A stretch of DNA of 64,000 nt from Vicugna vicugna (GCA_013265495.1 MU059537.1:2294001-2358000); one strand, 5' to 3'; shown: positions 38,045 through 50,369, counted from the first letter of the stretch. Numbers and translations: made by a program. The notes: a model not told the origin generated them from the sequence alone.

Positions 38045-38206
38045 GTAAAATCATAAAATAAATGTGCATGCGTTGTGAAACTGGTCTTGAGGGGATTGGG
38101 GATTTCAGTAACGTGCTCTTTTTTGTGTCTGAACCACTGTGTTAAGAATATTAACAGTAATAGCAACACTGGCTGAGACCTCACCGTGTGTCAGCGATGG
38201 GCTAAA

Positions 38207-38413
38207 TGCACTGTCCAGGGCAGCAGCCACTGGCCACGTGTGTCAATTTAAATTTAAGATAACTAAAATTAAGTGCAATGAACAGTTCCAGTCCTCGGTC
38301 GCACTAGTCGCATTCCAAGTACTTAATCACCACACGTGGCTAGTGGCTGTTTCACAGGACAGTGCAGATACGGCGGATTTCTGTCGTCGCAGAAGGTCCT
38401 CTGGGCAGGGCTG
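38207..38413 (-). mobile_element. MER3/MER33 (hAT-Charlie) element
   Basis: Internal palindromic arms gcactgtcc...agccactggccacgtg / cacgtggctagtggct...ggacagtgcag around an AT-rich core. Confidence 0.8.
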
Positions 38414-40966
38414 TGCTAAACACTCCGTGGGTGTCTCTTACTTACTGTCCACAGTTACTCTCTGATATTGGTACTGCTTCTGTTTTTGCTTTACTTGGTG
38501 GAAACCTGAGACACCATGAGGGTCAGTGACTTTCTGGGAGTGGAATCCACGCCCCACGGCTTCCAGTGGCTGGCCTGGCCCCCCGCAGGACTGCCTCCTC
38601 GAGCTCTCAGAGAGGGGCGTGGGCAGGGTCAGCCAGGTCGGGCGGGGGCCTCTGGCATGAGGTCCGGAGTGCAGGCGCGGGGGGCTGGAGCCCGTGGCCG
38701 GGGTGAGTTCAGACCTGAGTGCAGACTCAGCTCATTTTCAGGACCACGTGCACTTTGCACGAGCAGCAGGCGCCCTGAGCTGAGCGTGACTCTGCTGAGA
38801 CAGGGCGGAGAAAGCTGCGTGCCCAGGACCCTGGCCGAGGACCTCTGATCTTAAATAGAGGAGACCCGGGAGAGGCTGTGAGCCTGACAGAGACAGGAGA
38901 AGACTCGTGTTCCAGGAGGAGCAGTCCTGCTGCCGCGGGTGTGGAGGACCCTTTTGCTGCCTCTGTTTCCAGCCTTTGTCTTCACTCTGGGTGAAGCTTG
39001 GCACTGGATTTTGTGTGATCAGCCCCTTCCTCACTTCCTGTATTCTGAAGACCACTTGGGTGGTGTCAGAAAACACCTGGTTCTTGCATGAAAACGGGAG
39101 GAGAAGAAAAGGGAGAAGAAAAGCTCCTCAGAAGCCGGGACGTGTGATCCTCTGCACGTCGAGCTGCCCTGAGGCAAAGTCATACTTTGTGTTCAAGATG
39201 CGCAGCAGTGGGGCGGTCTTTCCTGATTGTTACTGACAAGAGGGAGGTTTGGTTTTTCTTTCACAACCAGGACGTGGCAAGAAATCATTGTCTATTGATT
39301 TAAGCCTTATTTATTACAGGCTTTTATAGCCTTGATGATTTTTTCTTAATTTCCGCCCCAATGAAAGGCACTGGGTTTGCATCAGCCCCTTTGCCCCCAC
39401 CGAAGGATTTCAACGCAGGGTGTCCCAGTCTTCAGGGCAGTGATGACAGCAGTGAGTCCTGCATGGGTTAAGACCGTTCTTCATGGCTGCAGCCCTGAGA
39501 AGGGCACTTAGTCGAATCAGTACTTCTTACCTGCTGAAGGATGCAGCTGTGCTCATCAGAGCAGCCAGGAACCACGGAGGTCGCGTGAGCGCCTACGTGC
39601 AGGGCAGCGCCTGGAATTCCTTGGTCCTGTGGAGTGTGCTTTGCCTGGAAACCCTGTAGACGGGCGCCTGGGCCATGTGGGTTTGCTCAGGTCTGCCGTA
39701 GCTCCCTGTTGTGTAATCGCCTGTTGCCACGTTGCTGATGTGGGTTAAAGCTGATGGTCTGGTCCAGGTGGCTGTGGACAGGCCCCTCCCTTGCTGAGGA
39801 TGCATCCTTTACTACAGAACACTTACCCCATTCTGAGAGTTGGAAAACTGCCTGGGTAGGAAGTTCAGCTTTAAGGAACTTGCGTAGCTGGAGCTGTGCC
39901 CAGGGAGGCCGTCCTCAGGGCTTCCCCGTGAGATGGTTCCCCAGGATAAGCATTACTGCATCCAGTGGCCGCAGACACCCCAGTGGGCGGGCGCTGTTAC
40001 TAGCCGCATTTGACAGAGCAGGAGGCCGGGCACAGGTGGGCCAGTCGCCTGTTGAAGGTAACAGAGCTGGACGGTGGCAGAGCCGAGTCTCAAACCCAGT
40101 GAGACCAACTCCGAACCCTTGTGCTTATCCCTTCTGCCATCCACCTTCACCTCTGCCTGAGTCTGAGCTTCCTGACAGCTCCCTGATGACGTGCAGGCAG
40201 TAGCGAGTTCCTTGTCTGTTACCCAGAGGTTTGAAATGCAGGCTCCACAGCCCTTCAGCAGGAGTGTGCAGTGAGGGGGCAGGAGTCCAGCAGGGGCTTG
40301 GGTCAGGTGATCGGGAGGTGATTTCTGCACCTGAGAAGCAGCGGTGGTTTTCTCCCATGTGGTAGAGACGGCAGTTCCTCCCGTTATAAGCATTTTAGGA
40401 GCGCTTGCTTGGTGTGCCATGCCTCACCACACAGAACAACACGGCCGGCTGGGTTTGCTGAGGGCGCCGCAGGCGAAGGGCAGGGGGTGGGGGTGAGAGG
40501 GGTTGCGTCTGCAGATTACGCATAGGGGACCTGGCAACGTGCTAGATGCGCCACAGGCCTGCTCCGTTTAAACTCCACGACTGTACCCTAAGGTCGGAGA
40601 ATGAGCCTTGTCAGCTGGTGTAGAAATAGACTAGTGGGGACTAAGTGGCCTGTCTGGGATGACCCGGTGACATGGAAGAGGTGGGGATCAGTGCTGAGGA
40701 GCAAGGGCATCTGATGTGCAGGTGCGACAAGGGGACAGACTCGGAGGGAAACGGCGGCTGAACCCACAGTGACTCACGGGGCGGCAGACACTCGTGCTCC
40801 CACCGGGGGCCCAGCTCGGCAGCAGGCAGGCAGCCCTCGTTACTCATTCTCTGACCTCACACGTGAGGAGGCTGCGGCTGGGAGAGGTGAAGCCGTGGGC
40901 CCGAGTGGCAGAGGCTTCCGTGTGGTCTGAGCAAGCCCGCCTGGTTGGAAGTAGAGCCCGGTCTAG

Positions 40967-41500
40967 TGATGGAGAGTGGGGTTTTCCCCCTACACCCCCT
41001 CTGGGGCTCTTGTGGCTGGACTAATGAGAAAGGTGACACAGGACAGATTAGTGGGAGGAAAAGCAACAGGTTTTAATTCATGCACGTGGAGTTGTCTTAG
41101 AAATGGGACCTAAGAAGTGGCCAAAACTGGCAGCTTTTATACTTTTTGGACAAAGAAACAGTGTGTGTGTGTGAGGAACTGGCAGGGAAAAGAAGCTTAG
41201 GCTTCGGGCGATTCATCAGTGAAGAACCTGAGCGGAGCTTGGGCTCGGGGCCGTGAATTAAAATCAGGAGGTTTGTTTACACCGGCTTCTCGGCCCTGGA
41301 TGCCCTGTCTCTGGCAGTGAAGGTGTCCCACCTCCAAATGCGGGCAGTGCGCGTTTCACGTGAGAGATTTATCTCCTGCTCTCAGGGTGACAGAGAGAAG
41401 GGTCACTGTCCCGCCTGCATTGGCCATTTCTTGAGTCACTTTAATTCAAAATCAATATGCCATTGAGACATATTTGAGGGCAGCCTGCCCTGGGTCAATA
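40967..41500 (-). mobile_element. ERV1 solo LTR, MER34-like
   Basis: 534 bp flanked by the 4-bp direct repeat CTAG (40963-40966 and 41501-41504). The minus-strand start (aatatgtctcaatggcatattgattttgaattaaag) resembles recalled MER34-family U3. Minus-strand TATAAAA at 41141-41135 and ATTAAA at 41077-41072. Confidence 0.8.
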
Positions 41501-43651
41501 CTAGTCTCAAGACATTCCAGGCAGCCCAGGGTCAAGAGGAACTGGGGACCCCAGGACCCCAGGCGCCCAAGTGAGGGTGGGTAGGACAGCGGCGGGGTGG
41601 GGGCTGGCCTTGCCCTGTGCTCGCTGGGTTCCAGGGCCGGGTCAGTATGCTAAGTCCAGCCCCCTCGCTGGTGAGTCTGTGGGCTGCGGTGGGGCTGCAC
41701 TGGTCTTCAGTGAACAATCCTGCACAGAAATTGGGACTAAGACACAGTCAGCCTGAGAGTTATCCACGACGGAAGCTGAAAAGAGAGAGTCGAAACCAGT
41801 GAGATGAGTTACTCAGATATGCCGCTTTGTGCTCTGGACCTCACTGCAGAGGGTGGTTCCCCATCACTCTGTGTCCCGCACATCCAACAAAATCTCAGTG
41901 GCCCAAGCTCCCGCAGCCACCAGGCTAGCTCCGCTCCCGTGCAGCCTCTGTCCACTCTGCTGCATGTCGTGGATGTGTCTCATTTTGAAGAACTATAAGA
42001 GAAGGTCTGGGGATACGTGAGTTCCTCCCACGTCTGCCATGCCTCCAAACAAAAGGCAGCAGCGAAAACATTTGATGCTCCTCACCCTTCCCCTAAAAAT
42101 TCAGCCAGCTTCTGGAACCACCTGCTAAGGAAGATGGCCCTGGATGCCAGCAGGTCACTGGTCGGTCAGTCGGGTCGGCTGGCTCACCCACTGACGGAAC
42201 TCATGCTCTGCAGTAGGTTATTTGCTCTGAATTGGATGCATAAAGACTCTACCTCTGTTCTCGGAGAGTCACACTTTCCTTTTCTTGGTGGGGAGGGCAT
42301 GGAGCTATAAACAGACCACATCAACAGTGGGTCACGTGCTGCCACAGCGGGAATTCCTGGGTCCGTGGAAGCAGGAACACACCCCCAGTTCTTCGGGGAC
42401 GTCCTGGAGGAGGACACAGCTGAAGAGTCTGCAGAGACTGAGCAGGAGTGAGCTTGTCAAAGGAAGGTAGACTGTTCAAAGTTGCTTTTTTGATGGAAAA
42501 AGCCCGTCCATCCTGCATTAGACACCAAGATGAATGCCAGGTCGCCTGAAAGCTCACCTCACTGAATGTGAACACGTGCACCTTGTCCTACAGGACACTC
42601 TGCAGGTGGCTCCAGGGCAGCATCCCAGAGGCCCTTGTCAGTGTGTGTGTTGCGTGTCCGTGGGTGCCGCGGGACCAAGAGCCCTCAGGATGCGTGCTCC
42701 TGTGGTCTCAGAGCGGAGAGGCACGGTGCCTGACAGAGTGGTTGCTTTGCAAGTAAATGCTCTTTCATTGAGGGAGCGGCTGAGTGAACACATGAATGAA
42801 TAGAAATAGCCAAGTGCACTGGGAAGGAGCTGACACCTTCATCAAAAGGAGAGAGTGGGGGAGGAAGAGAGGGAAGGTTAGCGAGAAGGCCGTGGAGGGA
42901 GCGACCCAAGCCCCTGGGGGGTGAGACGGGCAGGGGTGTGGTCAAGCCCGTGAGTTTTATTTGGTGTTTGCTGTGCTCCAGGCTGTAAGATCTGGGGATG
43001 ACACAGACAAGTTAGAAAACCTGTTCCCTGGGCTGAGAGCTTTACATTCACTCTGGGGACTTGCCTGCCTCAAAGAAGGAGAGCAAAGCTCCTTTCCAGG
43101 GAACATTTGTGAAATGCCCACTGTGGGCAGAGAGGAATGCCAGGCCTGGGGAGGTTCGCATGTGCCAGGCAGCAGAGTCCTGAGGGCGGGCACCTGTTGC
43201 TTTCTTTGTCTTGCTGCTTTGTTCAGGAACCACTTGGGCAAACCCATGAGACCGAGGACGCAGCTCCGGCTTTGTTTTGTCTCTAGCCTTAGGGACAGGG
43301 CGTGCTATTGTAAACAATCCTGAGTGTTTGCATTAAACCTGTACTGTGAGTATCTCCAGATGTTCACAGATACTGGTACATGCACTTTTGACATCTTTGT
43401 CTTGGGCTGTGTTTCAGCCGTTTGGCCAGAAGCAGGGAGAAATGGGGTAGTAATCCAGATATATCAGCACTGAAATCTAATTTAGGACTAAGAGAAAAAT
43501 GCAAAGCTTGACACAAGCTATTTGGGTAATGACTCAACCCACCTGTTTGCTCTTTCCTCATTTGCTGGCTTCCTCCTGTCTGGAGAGGAGGAGCTCTGGG
43601 CCACCTTTTGTTTTGCCAGTAACTGTATCATGTGTTTGCTCTTTCTTTCAG

Positions 43652-43765
43652 GACATGTGCAATGACTGCCCCCCTGGTCCCCCGGGCCTCCCTGGTCTGC
43701 CAGGTTTTAAAGGGGACAAAGGTCTCCCAGGAAAGCCAGGGAGAGAAGGCGCAGAAGGGAAGAAG
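43652..43765 (+). CDS. COL22A1: COL22A1 exon (17, 114 nt): [38 protein letters not shown]
   Basis: ctttctttcag|GACATG...AAGAAG|gtaagg; CxxC cysteine pair preceding the next COL segment. Confidence 0.97.
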
Positions 43766-44109
43766 GTAAGGAGAAAATAGGAAACAGTTTTTACCATTGC
43801 ATCATCTTGGAGACCCCAGAGTTGCCTCGCTGGTACACGGGAGGGTTCTACTCAGGGGTGTGGCTGTGGGGGCAGAGGTCACTGGGGTCGTCTTGGGGAC
43901 TGGCTAGCACGCCAGCTAGCACGGTAGCGGTGGGTCATGCCCATGAACGCATAGCCGCGCTCCCGTCGCCACCACTCGTCTGCCCCCTTAGCTCACACAC
44001 GCTGGGGGTGGGAAGGGGACAGGGAAATCTCAGTGGGAAATCAGTGACTAGATGTGTAAGGGGGTGGCTTGCTGGTAACTCTGGGTGTGGGCTCCAAACA
44101 CGCATTCTT

Positions 44110-44386
44110 TTTTTTTTGTGGAAGTGTAGTTGATTTACAATGTTAGTTTCAGGTGTACAGCAAAGCGATTCAGTTATACATATACATACATATATTTTCA
44201 GATCCCTTTCCATTATAACTTATTACAAGAAATTAACTCTACTTCGCTGTGCTGTACAGTAGGTCCTTGTTGTTTATCTATGTTATATGTGGTGTGTATC
44301 TGTTAATCCCAAACTCCTAATTTATCCCCCGTCCCACTTTCCCCCTTGGTAACCACAGTTTGTTTTTATGTCTGAGTCTGTTCTGG
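44110..44386 (-). mobile_element. 5'-truncated L1 3' end (cetartiodactyl type) with poly(A) and 17-bp TSD
   Basis: T-run followed by gaagtgtagttgatttacaatgttagtttcaggtgtacagcaaag...ggtaaccacagtttg, the characteristic artiodactyl L1 3' UTR. TSD tccaaacacgcattctt (44093-44109) and tccagacactcattctt (44387-44403), 15/17 identical. Confidence 0.9.
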
Positions 44387-44419
44387 TCCAGACACTCATT
44401 CTTGTTGTTGATGCTACAG

Positions 44420-44473
44420 GGAGATGCTGGTCCCAGAGGCCTCCCAGGGCCCCCAGGAATAGCTGGACCACAG
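44420..44473 (+). CDS. COL22A1: COL22A1 exon (18, 54 nt): GDAGPRGLPGPPGIAGPQ
   Basis: gttgatgctacag|GGAGAT...CCACAG|gtcagt. Confidence 0.95.
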
Positions 44474-47344
44474 GTCAGTGAGCCTTCATAAAACTGTGTA
44501 CAATTATTCTGCTCACCTCACTGGGTAACCTGAGTTTGAGGACGAGTGACGTCCAGTGTAGAGGAATGATGGTTCTAAAATCAGAAAACTCACTCACTAT
44601 TGTTAAAAGCAAGGAAGCAAACAGAAATACTGTGGTGTGACAGCCACCTGTCGGGTATCCGGGTGGAGAACCACCAGGTCACCCAGGCCCTGGCTGGCGG
44701 GTCACCACATCTAGCGTTTGCTGTTGTCTGATAGACTTTGAAGTTTCGTAGGGTCTTGACAAACCCGACACTACTGCTTCACAAACTGCGGGCATCAGGT
44801 CTCAGTGTTGCTGGAACGAGAGACTGCCCTGGTGCAGCGTTAGGTTAAGAGACTGCACAAAGCATAGCTGCCTCGGGGCTATTAACTGAGTCTTACCCTC
44901 CCTTTCTGGGGTCATAGGTGGTGGCTGAACTCCTCGCTGAAGGACTCTGCAGGTGGGGAATTTCAACTGAGCCTTAAGTATGCAGTCTTCGCTGTCAGCT
45001 TGCCGGCTGCTGGGTGCTGCCCCTGCCAGGGAATGGCCTTTATTCAGGGAAACAAAAGCAAATCAATTAAACAGATAAGGAGTTCCCTCCACTAAGTAGG
45101 AGTTATTTTCTCTATCAGCCCAGCCCCGCTTGAAGTGCTGATGTCTTGGGACAATGGCTCTGCCTTTGTTCTTCTATAATTCCCTTCAAGGGAGATTTGT
45201 TCCTTTACATAATCAAGAGAAAGCCAAAGAAAGCTTCCATCCAGAGAAAGAACACAAATTAATGCTGTATCTGAGAGACAGGGGTTTGCTTCTCCACTTG
45301 GGAGTCCATGGCGACCTTGAGAAGTTCTCAGGGTTCACTTGCAGAATGAACTCCCAGGGAGCTGCAGCCAGTAGGTGAGATACCTGGTGTGCTAAGAGCT
45401 AAGGCCAGTTTACCTGCTTTAAGTACTACCTCCTGCAAAGGTCAGCATCATCCTGGGAGGCAGAGATACTGTTCCACCTTACAGACTAGGAAACTAGAGT
45501 TTGGCAAGATTAAGTGCTAGAATTATGAAACTAGTGGGTGGTATAGCCAAGGTGATCCCTACTATGCCCCACGGTAGTAGCCTGCTGTTAGACCCCAGCA
45601 ACGCTACCTCCAGCGCCAGCACCAAGGACAGCTCCCAAGGAGGGCAAAGCTAAGCTGCCTCTGGTAATGATCCTGTAACAGCTTCCCCTTACGACCGCCT
45701 GTTGTTGGGAGAATGAGTTGCAGAGGACTCACCGGCTTGCCTTGGTTCTTGGCTTCAAGCTCAAACCTGTCTCTGTGCTCTTGGTTCATCCGAAGCCAAT
45801 CTCCAGGAAACAGAACAGAGGACTGTTTCGTTTCCTTTCTGCTGAATTTCACTTATCGCTGCCAGACCTGGGGGCACGAAGATGAATTTGTAAATTGAAA
45901 ATGCTACTCATAATGGAGCATCTATGGTCACTGTTAATGTCCTTTTATAACCAAAGGTCCTGGGTGGCCACTGGTCACATGCATCATCAGGAAGGTTTGA
46001 TTTGCTTGTTTGCAGCTTGTGATCCAGCATCTGGGAAACCAGCTTCCCTAAGATTTGTCTTGCAGATTTACAGCTGTTCCCTCTGGCTGCCGGGTCTGGG
46101 GAGGTCACTGACATCATCAACTGCAGAGCTCCGATCTAGAGCTTTCAGACCGCATAGACACTGACTCTACGGGTTAGGGTCTGAGGTAGTGGCTGCTGTT
46201 TGATTATGAGCCATGTAGAGGAAGAAGAAGCAAGATGGTAATCAGAACATGATTTTCTGGACACATAATTTTCTGCAGAGTCAGATGTTAAAGCCTCTTC
46301 CAGTTTGACTATTCTGTCCTTCACGAAAAACATGGTTTTCTTCTCACCCACATGTGCACCAGTCATGTAACGGGAGCTGTAGGACTGGAGACACTAAATG
46401 AGCAGAAGCCCCCGCTTGGAGCCCACGAGTCTGGGAGGCAGAGTCATACCTCCTCTGCCAGAAAAGGTCCTGGAATCCCATTCTGCCCAGAAGGCAGCCC
46501 AAAGCCATTTAGTCCATGCTGTCTTCAGGAGAGAAGTCTTTTCACCTACAGCTGCCTTGATCCTGGAAGGTTCTCACCAAGCATGGCCTTGAACAGCTCC
46601 CTTCCAAGTCAGGAGGTATAGAGTTAGGTCAGATATGGGCCATGCCTTTTAGGGCCTGATGTGCTGGAGAAGAAAGACCTACAAGGTCACCTGGTAAGCG
46701 GGGTGGCCGTCTGCTTTAGTGAATTAGCTTTGTACAAAACAAAACAAACTTCTGACGTCTTTTTAACTGGAGGTAGTTTGTAGCTTGGAACAAGGGGCCC
46801 TGTAGTTAGGCTCCTCCCTTCCTGCAGAACCTGGGAGATGGGGTTTCATTTTCCTTGATGATTACATTTCAAAACAATGTTCCCAGGTCCTTGAGAAAGA
46901 CTTTCCTGGGACCTAGAGCTGGCAAAAGGCTTATTTAGCTTTGGAAAAGGCTTACATACATTTCAAAGCGACAGAGAAAGAACTCACAGTGATGAGTTTT
47001 CTAAAGTAAATGCTCTAATAAAAGGGGTGTGGTGGGAGTTCCTTCCCTGATTTTCAACAGGAAAAACAAAACCCTAACAGTCGATCCTCAGTAAACATCT
47101 GCTGAAGAGAACCGAGATAGCCAAGTAGCAAACTAGTAATGACCCTGGGATGTGGGCTCCAGAGGGGCAGGTTGTTTTTTTTGTTTCTAATCTGTCTTTG
47201 ATGGCTGTATTCTCTGTGCATAGAATGGTTCCCAGAGCATGATCAATCAGACTCTAAATCCGGCGATCTGCACATCATAAAACCAGTGGGACAAGGCGTC
47301 ACAACCTAGGAAAATAACCAGGAAAGTAACCTGGTCAGAGCAGG

Positions 47345-47545
47345 CAGTTTGGATACTGACAGATCTGGATTTGATGCCACATCTTGTTTTTTATTAGCTC
47401 TGTGACCTCAGACGAATGACTTAACCTCTCTGGTCTTCAGGTTTCTTACTAATACACTCTGATAATAACCTCTACGTCAAGCAGTCGTCTTGGCTAAATG
47501 AGATAACATAGACTAGTAAATGTTGTTTTGCACCAGCTCGGGATA
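47345..47545 (+). mobile_element. MIR SINE
   Basis: attagctctgtgacctcagacgaatgacttaacctctctgg...aaatgagataac. Confidence 0.6.
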
Positions 47546-48524
47546 TAAACAAAGAAAAACATGGAATGAGATCTCATGCGAAAGCCCTGGCAGAGTGCCC
47601 GGCAGAGTAGGGGCTCTGTAAATGTCAGCCCTCTTTTCTGGAAGGAAGTGAGTCAGGCTTGGGTGTGGCCGTGTTTGTGCTGATTCCCAGCTGCGGTGGA
47701 GGAGACAAGGACAACTGTGGCCAGCCTTGAGCTGCTGACATTTTAGTTGTTAGATGAGGGTTGAAACCACTCTAAGGCCAAACTGAGGGCTGGAAATTGA
47801 AAGAAAACCATTTACTTTTAAGGCAATTGTCCTTAATGTCAGAGAACCAGTGTGCTGTTCTATGTCACTGCTTTTCGTTGAAATTACAAAGTGGCTGCAG
47901 ACAGTGTGCTGGCTTTATCGACTTTAAAACAGTAGAAATAATCACATGCAGACATGTTGGAATAAATGCTCTTCCCCTCTGAACCTACTGCTTTTCTCCT
48001 CTAAACAACAGCACTTGGCGCTCTGCAGGCACGAGATCACCTAACCATCACGGTACACTGCAGGGGGGCAGCCAGCGTGCTGTTCGGTAGTCACTGTCCC
48101 CATGAACTGCTGATGTGGTACCACAGTCGGGATGGGAAGAGGGTGGGTGTGATGTTTCAGTGAGAGAACTGTCGGGTTCTGGAGCTGGAAGGACCTTCAT
48201 AGATTGACATACACCCCTATCCTTCATTTACCGGATGAACAGAGTGAAGAAAGAGCATAATCTTCTGCAAGCCGCAAAGACAAGGGATGCCGGGCCTGGC
48301 ACCAGAGCCAGGGCGGCTAACCCCCAGTGACTTCTTCTACTGCGTAGTGCATTCTTTTAAAGGAACTGGGATGTTTTTGTTTAATAGCATTTTACTGAAA
48401 TACACTTGTTAGCATGGGAAACATGGGGCCAAATAGGTGACCATTAAGATAGATTGGAACCTTTGAATATTACTTTGAGTTGGTCTGTGAAACTATAATT
48501 TTGGTAGGTTGCACGTGGTGTCTT

Positions 48525-48645
48525 GATGACTGTGATGATGAAGATAATGATGATGATGTGAGGAGGAGGGGGCGGTAGTGGTGCTGGGGGTGAGCGATGT
48601 GGTGACGGTGGTGACGAGGAGGAGGGGGCGGTGGTGGTGCTGGTC
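48525..48645. repeat. (GAT/GGT/GGA) low-complexity tract containing a 28-bp direct repeat
   Basis: gaggaggagggggcggt(a/g)gtggtgctgg at 48560-48587 and 48616-48643 (27/28). Confidence 0.8.
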
Positions 48646-49154
48646 TACTCTGCGATGCCCACAGACACCGTGTTGACTCTGCTCCTTTCCTTCCCACACT
48701 TGTAACATCCCAGTTTCCTCCTAACTGACCCCATCTCTTCATCCTGGACCTTCTAGCCCACCCTGCACCGCAGCCTGAGGCACCCTCCTGAAGCCTAGGG
48801 TGGTCCTACATCCTTCTGCTGGTTTCCAGAGCCTACAAGTAAATTCAGATTCTCGGGCTAACACAAAAGATTGTCAGTGAAGTGGGCTCTGCCTGGATCC
48901 CCAGCCCCATTTTCTGCTGATCCCATCCTGCCCCCTACAGCCCAGTTAAGCCATTGCACCAACAGTCCCTCAACCAGGCCTAACTGTTCTCATCTGCTGA
49001 CATCCTGCCTGGCCTGCAGCACCGTCTTGACAAGAGACTAATGAAGAATGAGTGATTGAATAAGTGGAAGGATGTAATGCCAAAATTTTTCTTTTGCAAG
49101 GTAAGCTCTAGCCAGATTTTCAGTAATGGTCCTTCTTTCTTTTTTTCTCCTAAG

Positions 49155-49208
49155 GGAAGTAAAGGAGAGCGTGGTGCAGATGGTGAGACTGGGCAGAAAG
49201 GCGATCAG
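49155..49208 (+). CDS. COL22A1: COL22A1 exon (19, 54 nt): GSKGERGADGETGQKGDQ
   Basis: ttttctcctaag|GGAAGT...GATCAG|gtaaaa. Confidence 0.95.
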
Positions 49209-49519
49209 GTAAAAACTTATTTTATGAGGAACCATCCACCCTGAAGAAACATCACTGTTTTTCCTAGGTAACTTTTATTCCCAGATCCCCAAATTCATTT
49301 CTGAAATCATTTCTTGCCTCTTCTTTGTCTTCGGTAGGATTTTTTAAAATCATGTTTTTGTGGTTTCCACCTTGGTTCACTGGCACACTCCCCTTCCCCC
49401 ATTATCTGAGGACCCTGTCTTGTCATTTCTTTAAAAAAATGTTTTAAAATGTGCTCGTTCAGAGCTTCTTGCTCACTGAGATGGTGGTCATTCATCACAA
49501 AATGCCAAATGCCCCTTCT

Positions 49520-50000
49520 TGCCTCCCGCGAGACTCCCCCGTGCTGCAGCCGAGAGCTTCGCAGACCCCCTCCCCGCTGGGGCCGCTCCTCCCGGGGCCT
49601 CGGGGGGCGCCGCTGACCTTGACGTGCTGCGCCGCCTCGCGCCGAGCGCGGCTCCCGTCCAGCCCGGGGCGCCGCCGCCGCTCACCCCGCAGCGCCGCTG
49701 CTCAGCCGCTAGCGGCCTTCCTGCACTCAGACTGGCTGTGGTGCTTGGGCTGTGCTGCTGCCACTCCTTCCCCGCTTTGCTTTTCCTTCCCTCCTCCCGC
49801 CTCGCCTTCCTCCTTCCTTCTGAGCCTTCCGTCCGTCTCAGTGGGCGCCCCGCGCTGGCGCCGCCCCGGGCTCTGCGATGCGGGGCGAGTAACGCGCGAA
49901 CCCGGCCTCACTTACCGGAGGGGGCGGGGCGCGCGAGCGGAGGCGCGGCGGCGGTGCCATCAGAGCTGCGCGCAAGGTCGGAACGACAGACTCGGCTAGA
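49520..50000 (-). promoter_or_regulatory. Intronic CpG island with promoter motifs and two antisense 5' splice sites
   Basis: About 60 CpGs in about 480 bp by hand count, with AT-rich flanks. GC box GGGGCGGGGC at 49921-49930 and TCCCGCGAGA at 49524-49533 (one mismatch to the BANP motif TCTCGCGAGA). Minus-strand donors CCG|GTAAGT (49916/49915) and GGG|GTGAGC (49686/49685). Confidence 0.8.
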
Positions 50001-50369
50001 GTTCCGTCTGTATCTTGAAAAACAACGTGTGTTTGGGTTATTCTTATAGGAGGGAGTTGTCAACGGCAGTGCTTCTCTGCTGAGCGTCACTGCAGCTTGT
50101 GTTTCCCTGCGGAGGGATGGGGGGGACTCAGGAGAATCACTTCTTTCATGGTGGTTTGTTCGCTTTTATAACATTGCTGTGCTAAGCTAAACGTGAGACG
50201 CGGTGCACTCTGCCCTGTAGCCGGTGTGGCTCATCCTGTAATACACGTGGACTCCTCTCCACGTGGGGACATGAATCTCTTATAATAACTGTAATAGGTT
50301 CATAGATTCTGTCGTTCAGTTAACCTAACAGTTTCCATTGTGGATATAAATGGTGTGTGCATGTATTTA

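Noticed and set aside
41530-41578. GGGACCCCAGGACCCCAG followed by AA|GTGAGG as a mini collagen exon
   Set aside because: Only two triplets and no polypyrimidine tract or acceptor.
49451-50049. Overlapping 176-182 aa ORFs across the CpG island
   Set aside because: Stop-codon depletion is expected in GC-rich islands, and there is no recognisable protein similarity. The splice and promoter signals point to the opposite strand.
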